Shown one piece after another: positions 30,017-39,000 of a DNA stretch of 64,000 nt. The translations under genes were made by a program, and so were the position numbers. The notes under the pieces are model-generated. The model saw only the letters and a list, made by a program, of their open reading frames with translations. It had not been told where the DNA came from and made no database searches. This stretch comes from a virus (lineage: Duplodnaviria > Caudoviricetes), in the IMG/VR virus record IMGVR_UViG_3300026549_000046, positions 32,001 to 96,000 of that record; one strand, 5' to 3'. Positions within the stretch are counted from its first letter, which is position 1. Each line of letters starts with the position of its first letter.

Positions 30017-31207
30017 ATGACAATATTAAGTATATTAGACCAAGATTTATATAAATTTAGTACAAGTTATGCGTATATGAAACTTTATCCAGAAGCTGAA
30101 GGTACTTTTAGTTTTTGCGATAGAAATAATACAGTGTTTGAGGAAATAAAAAGTCCTATTGTAGGAGTCAATTCAATAATAGACACACTAAAAATGGAAT
30201 TTGTTAAACTTTCAAATTTATCATTAACTTTAGCTGAAAAGAATTGGTGTGTAAAACATATTCCATATATTCCAGAAGTATATTGGGAATGGTTAAGAGG
30301 ATTTAATTTTGATTTTGATAAAATAGTTTGTTGGTTAGATGAAGAAAAGCATCTTCATATAGAAGTTACTGATTATCTTTATAAAGTAACTTTATACGAA
30401 GTTCCTATTCTTGCTATTGTTTCGGAATTGTATTCTAGAAGTCAAGGAGCAGTTAATATTTCCAAGGCAATTGATAAATTAGATAAAAAGATTAATATTG
30501 CTAATGAATATGGATTAAAATTTTCTGAATTTGGAACTCGTAGGAGATATTCATCAACTTTACATGATTTAATTGTACAAAGACTTAAGGAAAAATGTCC
30601 AATTAACTGTGTAGGAACATCTAATATCTATTTTGCTATGAAATATGATATGATTCCAATGGGTACTTTTCCACATGAATGGATTATGTTTCATGGAGCT
30701 GTTTGGGGATATCAAGAAGCTAATTACCTTGGAATGAGAGATTGGGTTCGTACCTATGATGGTAATCTTGGAATATTTTTAATGGATACTTATACTTCTA
30801 GAATAGGACTTAAAAATATGTCCTTAAAATTTGCTAAATTATTTGACGGAGTTAGACAAGACTCTGGAGATGAATATAAGATAGGAAATGAAGTTATTGA
30901 ACGTTATAAAGAATTAGGTATTGACCCAACTACAAAGACTATTGTATTTAGTAATGCTCTTGATTTTAATAAGTATCGTGATATTTTTACTTATTTTAAA
31001 GGTAGAATACATGTTTCTGCTGGCATTGGGACTAACCTAACTAATGATACGGGATTTAAACCCGCTAATATAGTTATGAAATTATCTAAATGTAGAATTA
31101 ATAAAAATCAGGAATGGAAGAAATGTATTAAAATTTCTGACGATTTAGGAAAACATTTAGGAGATGATAAAGAATTTGAAATTGCAAAATATCAATTAGG
31201 AATATGA
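30017..31207 (+). CDS. pncB: nicotinate phosphoribosyltransferase
   Basis: LDQDLYKF, SEFGTRRR, GTSN, GTFPHEW, GVRQDSGD, GIGTNL, IVMKL, KISDD. Confidence 0.93.
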   Translation: MTILSILDQDLYKFSTSYAYMKLYPEAEGTFSFCDRNNTVFEEIKSPIVGVNSIIDTLKMEFVKLSNLSLTLAEKNWCVKHIPYIPEVYWEWLRGFNFDFDKIVCWLDEEKHLHIEVTDYLYKVTLYEVPILAIVSELYSRSQGAVNISKAIDKLDKKINIANEYGLKFSEFGTRRRYSSTLHDLIVQRLKEKCPINCVGTSNIYFAMKYDMIPMGTFPHEWIMFHGAVWGYQEANYLGMRDWVRTYDGNLGIFLMDTYTSRIGLKNMSLKFAKLFDGVRQDSGDEYKIGNEVIERYKELGIDPTTKTIVFSNALDFNKYRDIFTYFKGRIHVSAGIGTNLTNDTGFKPANIVMKLSKCRINKNQEWKKCIKISDDLGKHLGDDKEFEIAKYQLGI

Positions 31208-31335
31208 GTATAATTAGATGTCCAAAATGTAGTTCAGCAGTTCCAATTAATATTGTGAACGCTAAAGATGAACATGGAGAAGTTTTTGAATGTCCTTATT
31301 GTAAATTCTTATTTAGGTATGCTCCCAACGGATAA
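31204..31335 (+). CDS. small Zn-ribbon protein (43 aa)
   Basis: CPKC...CPYC; ATGA overlap with the pncB stop. Confidence 0.6.
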   Translation: MSIIRCPKCSSAVPINIVNAKDEHGEVFECPYCKFLFRYAPNG

Positions 31336-31436
31336 AGAAATAGAGAAAGTCTTAAAACTTTCAAAAGCATACACTCGATTAGGAGTGTATGCTCAACAAA
31401 GAATTAATATGTTTGATTTTATAAAACAAAATTGGA

Positions 31437-31691
31437 ATGGATAAAACAGTAATTAAATTAGTAACGGATTATATCTTAGCGCATCTCGATAAATCAGATG
31501 AAACCCCTCAGTTTGAAGTATTTACTGTTTGGAAATGTAAAATTCTTCAAAATTGGAAATATTTAGTTTCCACTACATTGCCAGACGGAATGTATTATGA
31601 ACTTACATTTGATGGAGATAAAAATAGATGGTATCTTGATGCCTATAAAAAGTTTGATAATCAGTGTTTAACTGTGGGCAAATTATTATGA
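31437..31691 (+). CDS. DUF6275-like phage protein
   Basis: WKCKILQNWK..STTLPDGMYYE.TFDGDK..YLDAYKK pattern. Confidence 0.65.
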   Translation: MDKTVIKLVTDYILAHLDKSDETPQFEVFTVWKCKILQNWKYLVSTTLPDGMYYELTFDGDKNRWYLDAYKKFDNQCLTVGKLL

Positions 31692-32557
31692 TTGATTATA
31701 GTAAATTTATAGAAAACTCTCATAAATGGTTATCTCAATATATAAGAGATAATCATTTACAGTCAATTTGCATTGGCATTTCTGGAGGACTAGATTCCTG
31801 TATTTCAGCTTGTATTGCTTCTCCAGTATGTGAAGAACTTGGGATTCCTTTAATTGGAAGAAGTTTACCTACTGGAACTAACAAACAATGTGAATGTGAT
31901 GTTGCAGATTTAGTTGGAAAAACTTTTTGTACTGATTATAAGAAAATTCCTATTAATTGTGATGATATTATTTATGAATTTGAATTATGTGAGGGCAAAA
32001 TGACTCCATTACAAAAGGGAAATATTAAAGCAAGATATAGAATGATGTATCTTTATAATCTTGCAAGTATTCATAAGGGTATTGTTTTAGATAATGATAA
32101 CTTTACTGAATGGAATTTAGGTTTTTGGACTTTAAAAGGTGATGAAGGGGATATTAACTTAGGTTTACATTATTTTTGGAAAACTGAAGTATATGAATTA
32201 GCTAAATATTTAGCAAATAATTATGCAGCTCAAGATAAGTTAAAAGAATCTAATGCAATAATAGAATCTATAAAACTTATTCCAACAGATGGTAATGGAG
32301 TTTCTAATTCAGACTGTGAACAATTTGGATTAGATAATTATGAACAAGTTGATGATGTTTTGAAAACTATGTATTATAATCATTATCCGAACTCAATTAG
32401 AGCTTTGAGTAAAGATGATTTAAACAAAGAATATACTCGACTTATTGATTCTTATAATGAGCAGGGAGTTGATAAAGTAATGTTGCTTCATCAGAATACT
32501 GCTTATAAAAGAAAAGAATTGCCTATCAAACCTACTAGAGAGGAATTAGGATTATGA
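31688..32557 (+). CDS. nadE: NH3-dependent NAD+ synthetase
   Basis: GISGGLDS PP-loop, GNIKARYRM, GFWTLKGD, KTEVYELA. Confidence 0.92.
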   Translation: MIDYSKFIENSHKWLSQYIRDNHLQSICIGISGGLDSCISACIASPVCEELGIPLIGRSLPTGTNKQCECDVADLVGKTFCTDYKKIPINCDDIIYEFELCEGKMTPLQKGNIKARYRMMYLYNLASIHKGIVLDNDNFTEWNLGFWTLKGDEGDINLGLHYFWKTEVYELAKYLANNYAAQDKLKESNAIIESIKLIPTDGNGVSNSDCEQFGLDNYEQVDDVLKTMYYNHYPNSIRALSKDDLNKEYTRLIDSYNEQGVDKVMLLHQNTAYKRKELPIKPTREELGL

Positions 32558-32703
32558 TTGGAGCTGATGTAGAATGTAAATGTAAATATTGTGGAAGTGA
32601 TGCTATTGCTCATACTGATGTAGTGTTAACTAGTATTCCTCCTCAATATAATGTAGATTGTCCGAAATGTGGAAGAATTTATATGTTATGTAGTGAAGTA
32701 TGA
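32554..32703 (+). CDS. small Zn-ribbon protein (49 aa)
   Basis: CKYC...LTSIPPQY..CPKC. Confidence 0.6.
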   Translation: MIGADVECKCKYCGSDAIAHTDVVLTSIPPQYNVDCPKCGRIYMLCSEV

Positions 32704-33015
32704 CAGGATATGAAGAATTTCAGCAAATAATGGCTGATATAGAATATTTTAAAAAGAATGGGATTCCTAGAGATCCTAGATATATAAAAGATAGAGATGG
32801 AAATACAATATTTGAAGATATTTTTGGAGATATTTTTAACAAAAAATGAGTACTTTTAATGAATTATTGCATACTTTAAAAGAAGTATGTGATGAAAAAG
32901 ATAAAAGAATAGAATTTCTAGAAGGAAGAATTGAAGGTTTAAATATACAATATTCTTTAATTAGAAAGAAATTCCTTGATGGAGATTATAAAACTCTTAG
33001 AAATTATTTTACAGA

Positions 33016-33216
33016 ATGATTAAAGTATTAGAACACGGAGTAAAAAAGGTCACTTGTCCGAATTGTAAAGCTAAATTACAATATGAACAAGAAGATATTT
33101 CAGAAGGCACAAAAGATGTAACAAATATACCATTTCTTGATGTAGGACAAATATATGAATTTATTATATGTCCAGATTGTGGAGAAAAAATAATGTTAAC
33201 CCCTATAAGGAGATGA
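33016..33216 (+). CDS. small Zn-ribbon protein
   Basis: CPNC...CPDC. Confidence 0.7.
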   Translation: MIKVLEHGVKKVTCPNCKAKLQYEQEDISEGTKDVTNIPFLDVGQIYEFIICPDCGEKIMLTPIRR

Positions 33217-33749
33217 AAATTGCATTATATCTTGGTTCATTTAATCCATTTCATAATGGTCATTTAGAAGTAGTTAAAACTGCTTTAAATGACTTTAAAA
33301 TGGATAAAGTAGTTATTGTTCCAACAATGCAAAATCCTTGGAAGAAGGAGAAAGTTCTTGATATTGATAAAAGATGTCAAATAATTTTTCAATCTTGTTT
33401 TGAAGTTTGGGATAATTATGAAATGTCCACTATAGAAAAATATTTAACTCCTCCTTATTATAGTTATGCTGCTCTTCATGCTTTAAAAAATAAATATTGT
33501 AATGATGAAATATTTGTTTTATGTGGAGAAGATACTATTAAGGATATTCCAAATTGGATGAATGGTGAAGCAATAATTCAAGATTATAATTTTCTTATAG
33601 TAGATAGGCCAAGAAATTCTATTTCATCTAGTTATATTAGAGAAATGCTAAGAACTAGAAATAAAATGGATGCATATTATAGTGATGAAAGATTAAGTAG
33701 ATATGTATCCCCTAATGTTATTAATTTATTAAAAGAATATTATGAATAA
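33213..33749 (+). CDS. nadD: nicotinate-nucleotide adenylyltransferase
   Basis: GSFNPFHNGH, QNPWK, CGED..W and ISSSYIR motifs. Confidence 0.9.
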   Translation: MKIALYLGSFNPFHNGHLEVVKTALNDFKMDKVVIVPTMQNPWKKEKVLDIDKRCQIIFQSCFEVWDNYEMSTIEKYLTPPYYSYAALHALKNKYCNDEIFVLCGEDTIKDIPNWMNGEAIIQDYNFLIVDRPRNSISSSYIREMLRTRNKMDAYYSDERLSRYVSPNVINLLKEYYE

Positions 33750-34134
33750 ATTTGGTTTTTATTTTGGAAGTTTTTGTTTATTTATTATTATATGTGTAGG
33801 TTCCTGTGTAGGAGTACCTTATTATAATGTATGGGAACAAGAAATGTCAGGTAAAGCAGAATTCGCTAAAGCAGAACAGAATAGAAAGATTCGTATCGAA
33901 GAAGCTAAAGCAAATCTTGAATCTGAAAAATTAAATGCTCAAGCAGAGATTGAAAGAGCTAAAGGCGCTGCTGAAGCTATTAAAATTGAGAATGGAGCTA
34001 TTACTCCTACTTATATTCAGTATCTTTGGGTAAGACAACAAAATTTATCTGGAGAAAATAGTAAAATAATTTATATCCCGACTTCTACTATGGGAATTCC
34101 TATAACAGAAGCAAATCGATTAAATGAAAAATAA
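33742..34134 (+). CDS. membrane-anchored coiled-coil protein (SPFH C-terminus-like)
   Basis: N-terminal TM, EAKA/ERAKG coiled coil, YIQYLW...IIYIP. Confidence 0.6.
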   Translation: MNKFGFYFGSFCLFIIICVGSCVGVPYYNVWEQEMSGKAEFAKAEQNRKIRIEEAKANLESEKLNAQAEIERAKGAAEAIKIENGAITPTYIQYLWVRQQNLSGENSKIIYIPTSTMGIPITEANRLNEK

Positions 34135-34136
34135 TT

Positions 34137-35078
34137 ATGAAAAAATTAACAACAGAGTAGTTTATAGAAAAAGCTAAAAGTATCCACAATAATAAATATG
34201 ATTATAGTAAATCTATCTATACTGGAAGACACAATAAATTAATTATTACGTGTCCTGTTCATGGTGATTTTAGTCAAGAAGCTGGGAGCCATCTTTTAGG
34301 AAATGGTTGTCCGAAATGCGGAAGAGAGAATACAATTAAACATCAAAGAAAATCTCTCGATCAATTTATAAAAGATTGTAAAAAAATTCATGGAGATAAA
34401 TATGATTATTCAAAAGTAGATTATAAAGGAGCAAAAAATAAAGTATGTATAGTATGTCCTATACATGGAGAGTTTTGGCAAACTCCAGATGATCATATAA
34501 ATGGAAAACATGAATGTCCTAAATGTGTTCATAAAAATGATAAATACACATTACAAGAATTTATAAATAATGCTAAACAAGTTCATGGTAATAAATATGA
34601 TTATAGTAAAGTTAATTATATTAATAATATTACCAAAGTAGAAATTATTTGTCCAGAACATGGAAGTTTTTGGCAAATTCCTACAAATCATATTTTAAAA
34701 GAATGTGGATGTCCTTATTGTAAAGAATCTAAAGGAGAAAAAATTGTATATAATATACTAAAAAAATTACACATTAATTTTATTAGGGAATATGAGATAC
34801 CTCTTCCAACATCTATTAGATCTAGTGGAAAAGGTTATATAGATTTTTATCTTCCGGATTTTAATATTTTTATAGAATATAATGGACAACAACACTATAT
34901 GCCAATTAATATTTTTGGAGGAAAAATTTAGTTAAATAAATAGATTGAAAGAGATAATTATGTTAAAAATTATTGTGAAAATAATAATATAAAATTTGTA
35001 GAATTAAAATATGATTTATCTGAAGAATAGATAGAAAATATTTTAAAACTTATTCTAAAATCAGGAAGAGGTAAATGA
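34137..35078 (+). CDS. homing-type endonuclease: three Zn repeats plus Vsr/DUF559-like nuclease; TAG-recoded (313 aa), missed by the ORF track
   Basis: MKKLTTE*FIEKA...CPVHG/CPIHG/CPEHG; IDFYLPDFNIFIEYNGQQHY; TAG at 34158, 34929, 34941 and 35028. Confidence 0.85.
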
Positions 35079-35314
35079 GTAATTTAGCTGCAAATACCTT
35101 AGCTGATAATATAACAACATCTATAAATTATATGAATCCTATTTCAAGTGGATATTATAATACTGGTCTATATTATAATCCCATGGAAGTTCCTTATAAT
35201 TATTGTTATAATACTATTACTACATCAGCTTTGTCAACAAAATCAGAGATAAATTCAAATGAATTAAAGATAAATATTAAAAAAACTCCTATTAAATTTA
35301 ATTTTAACTTATGA
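35075..35314 (+). CDS. hypothetical protein
   Basis: 79-aa coupled ORF. Confidence 0.55.
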   Translation: MSNLAANTLADNITTSINYMNPISSGYYNTGLYYNPMEVPYNYCYNTITTSALSTKSEINSNELKINIKKTPIKFNFNL

Positions 35315-35616
35315 AAAGAATTATTGCTGCTTTAACTAACAAAATTGAGAAATTAAAATTAGACAGAAAAGTAAATCGCGTTAATCGTGCTATCGAAACG
35401 GCTAAAGATAATGCTAGAGATACTATTGATAGATTAAATGAAGAAGCTTCTAAATTATTATCCGACTTAGCAGAAAGTTCTGAAGTAAATGGAATTATTA
35501 CAAAGATTTCTGATAAATTAGGTATTATTGAGGAACAAGAAGAAATAATCAAACGTCTTGATAAGGTAAAAGAATTTATCGAAGAAGATGTTGAAGTCGA
35601 AGAGGAAAAAGATTAA
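35311..35616 (+). CDS. coiled-coil hypothetical protein
   Basis: 101-aa ORF, last gene before the terminator. Confidence 0.75.
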   Translation: MKRIIAALTNKIEKLKLDRKVNRVNRAIETAKDNARDTIDRLNEEASKLLSDLAESSEVNGIITKISDKLGIIEEQEEIIKRLDKVKEFIEEDVEVEEEKD

Positions 35617-35621
35617 AATAA

Positions 35622-35667
35622 AAGCCTGTAATCACTGTAAAAAGTGGTTGCAGGCTTATTTTTTTTT
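35622..35667 (+). terminator. intrinsic terminator ending the early arm
   Basis: aagcctgtaatcact / agtggttgcaggctt stem followed by a T run. Confidence 0.85.
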
Positions 35668-35964
35668 CTTATTGTTTCTATAATCTTTTAAAATTTTTAA
35701 GATGAGTAATTTATCATCGAAGATATAAAAATTGATTGTAGACTTTTCTACATATCTTAAAATTAAAATTTTATGATAACTTTCTTAATATTTTTATTGA
35801 TTTCAAATTATTATTTTAAATTGAAAATAAATACTTATTCTATAATTATTATTTTACTAGGAATAATATTTAATATTTCTGAAATAATTGTATATTGTAT
35901 TTTAGCTACATATTATTCTTATTATATATTTAAGCCCAAGCTAAGCTCTTTTTGAGTTTGGAGA

Positions 35965-36014
35965 AACCCCGGAACAGAACTCTTTTTTGAGTTTTGTTTC
36001 GGGGTTATTTTTTT
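35965..36014 (+). terminator. intrinsic terminator-like hairpin
   Basis: aaccccggaacagaactc-T6-gagttttgtttcggggtt followed by a T run. Confidence 0.75.
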
Positions 36015-36017
36015 AAC

Positions 36018-36063
36018 AAATAAGGCGGTAGCTGGAGTTTCCAGTTATCGCCTTATTTTTTTT
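36018..36063 (+). terminator. intrinsic terminator-like hairpin abutting the - strand stop codon
   Basis: aaataaggcggtagctgga / tccagttatcgccttattt followed by a T run. Confidence 0.75.
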
Positions 36064-39000
36064 ATTCTTCTTTTGGCTTTTCTCCTATTTTTGTTCCTAT
36101 TGTATTTAATTTTACAAATTGCCATATAGGAGTAGTTTGCTTTGTTGCAGATGATGTTTTTACTATAGCATCATAAAAATCCTAATCTCCTCCGATTGCT
36201 CGCTTCCAATTAGTAACTACATTAGATATTGAAGTTAAAGAAAACGGAGTCCAATTTGGCCCTCTACCCTAAAATCTTAATAAAGAGCCTATTCCATTAA
36301 AATCTTCAGTTGATTGTGTAAACATTCCTGTAAGTAATCCTAATGTAGAATTTTTTATAGCATTTCCAAAATATTTATTATCGTGATCTTTCTCATAAGA
36401 CTTCTAGAATTCAGTTAAACTTCCTCCTATAAGACCCCCTATAATAAATATTCCAATTATATCAGCTATTAACTATCTTAAATTAGCACTATATAACTTT
36501 GCTACATCAGGCTCTACATTCTAGAATAATTCTCTATATCCTTCAAATCCATATTTATCTGTATATTCAGATTTTCCAAAAATTGATTTTCCTATTTCTA
36601 AAGCTGTTATTAAAATTCCTTCCTGTGGACGTCCTTTCCATACTCTAATTGGAAGTCCAGTATCTTCATCTGGAACTGGAATTAATTCTCCGTTTTCATC
36701 TAATTTCCAATACCATTTATGTCCATCCTCTTCATAATCTACATAATAACCTTCCTATGTATAAGATCTTTCTTGAGCATACTAATTCTTTTTAGCAGAC
36801 CAGAAAGTATTCATTTGCATAAGCATAGAACCAATCCAGGTAGAATTAAACATAGATTTCTTTTCATGGGCATAATATCCATATATTCTATCAGCTAAAG
36901 CTTTCATTGATTCTGACTATTGATTTGTATATGCTTTTGGTAAAGGTTTTGGATTATTTAAATCAAATTCAAATAGTGTTCCATCAGAGTTTCTAGCTCC
37001 TTCTTCAACAAGTTGTCTAGCAATAGTTATATATTCACTTCTTTGTTTATTAAACTTTTCTTTGTTTGAGGCTTTGTTTATATCTCCTTTAGCTTTTGCA
37101 AATTCGTCAAAACGTTTGTCAAGTTTCCAATCATAAATCCACTATCCATCTTTTTTAACATGAGCATCAAAACAACCGTCAGCTTTCATTTGTGCTACAA
37201 AAATAGTCATTCTATTATAATAATCTGGTCTTGAAGCGAATCTAAATCCGGTATCCCAAAAATGAGTGAATATTCCAGTATTATCAGTTTTTACTCTGTC
37301 TATAAATACATTCATATCCATATCATTCATACCATACTACATATTTAAAGATTCCTAAAGACTTAATTTATCTCCAAAATGGCCTAAATCTTTCATAGCA
37401 AATTCCCATGCTGAAACTAAATTATCTTTTGAAAATTGTCCACCTAGTCCACCTTTATAATCCTTAGTAAACAACATTATGTCTTTCCATACACCGTCTA
37501 TGAACTAATACATTTGTTTAGGATTAAATGCCAAAGCTAATCTAGAAGACCATTTCATCATACTATCAGTAATATCCTTAAATATTGCTGCACTAGCATC
37601 TTCTCTATTTTCAAAAGGCTAATTATGAATTCTTACTTTTATATAATTAAACAGATAATCCAAATCATTAGCAAATTTATCATTAAGTATAGCTCCTTGC
37701 AAATTTAAATGAATAGCTAAAGCTTGTAGTCTTGGAAATATTTTATCTAATTCTTCAGCCATTTTATAATTAGAGTGCTATTTTAGTAGAATAGTTTCAA
37801 GATTATGTTCGAAATAATCTTTTCCTCCAACTAATTGAATTTTTTCTCTTCTATCCTCAATATTTTCTGGTAAATCAAATCTATGCATTGAATTTACTGT
37901 TTCCCACTACGATCCATTGTTTATAGCTTTTCTTAAATCTTTATCACTACCTAATAATCCTGTAACTTTTTCATCAATTTTCTATTTTAATTCATTTCTA
38001 ATAGTTGGATTCCATATAGCCTTAATATATTTGAATTTTTCTTCTACATAATTAATAATTCCGCCTCTTGTAGCAACTTCAGAAGCAAAATCTCCTTTAG
38101 TTAAAGGAACTAATAAATAAGAATCATCCTATTCAATATAATCCTTCATTTTATCAGGATTCTTTAATAATTCTTCTAAATTTAAATTTTTTCTAGTAGA
38201 ATTTATTTTTATAAGAGCATATTTTAAGAATTCTCTTTCTGCATCATCTAACTAAGAATTAGGATTCCACGGATTTAAAAATCTAAAATCTTGTGAATTT
38301 GGATCATACATAGATTTGTATAAATCATTAACCTAGTTTCCGGTTAAATTCTATCGAATCCATCCAAAATTTTTACTTTCTTTTAATTTTTGGAGTCTTT
38401 TTCTTAATTCTATATCAAACTACATAATAGAATCCCTAACATTCTGATATGCAACTGTAACCTACTCTGTAGCCTAATTAAGAATATGAGATTGAAGTGT
38501 TCCGGGGTTATCTGCCATAGTTCCACTAATTCCTTTAGTACTCATGTGAAACTAATAACTAGATCTTAACTACTACTGCATTTTTATTCCGTCTAATTCA
38601 GCAATAGCATATAATATATCTTTATGTAATATAGATTCTGGACTTTCTATTTGCCCTTCTTTTATGTTTTCTTGTACATAAGGATATCTTTCAACTAGTT
38701 TTTTATCTAATGACAATAACTAATCCCTCATTTTTTCTTTAGACTGTAGTCCAAAATCAATTTTAGAAACAGAATCCTTTACTTCTTTGATTAATTTGTC
38801 AAAACCTTCATCAGAATTAGCTCCTTTTATTATTTCTTTTGCGTCCTATTCAATAATATCTAAATAAGTTGCCATTTTAATAACTCCGTTCTAATTAGAT
38901 TTTGTTAAAAAATGATTATTTTTAAATCCCTAATCAAGTTTACATAATCTATCAAAATTATACAACAACTATTCATTAGGCGGTTCTAATCCAGTCTACT

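Noticed and set aside
30017-31207. Nampt/Namat (NARP1 or NARP2) assignment
   Set aside because: Motifs (SEFGTRRR, GTFPHEW, RQDSGD) and the presence of pncA and nadE fit nicotinate PRTase; no Prs-like Adps gene is in the window
1981-35552. Antisense ORFs at 1981, 4311, 4695, 5301, 12920, 14955, 22583, 23143, 25115 and 35304
   Set aside because: Shadows of well-supported + strand genes, with F/I/S-rich non-protein-like composition
35773-35955. 60-aa hydrophobic ORF as a holin or toxin
   Set aside because: Lies between terminators in extremely AT-rich DNA where I/L/F/Y-rich ORFs arise by chance
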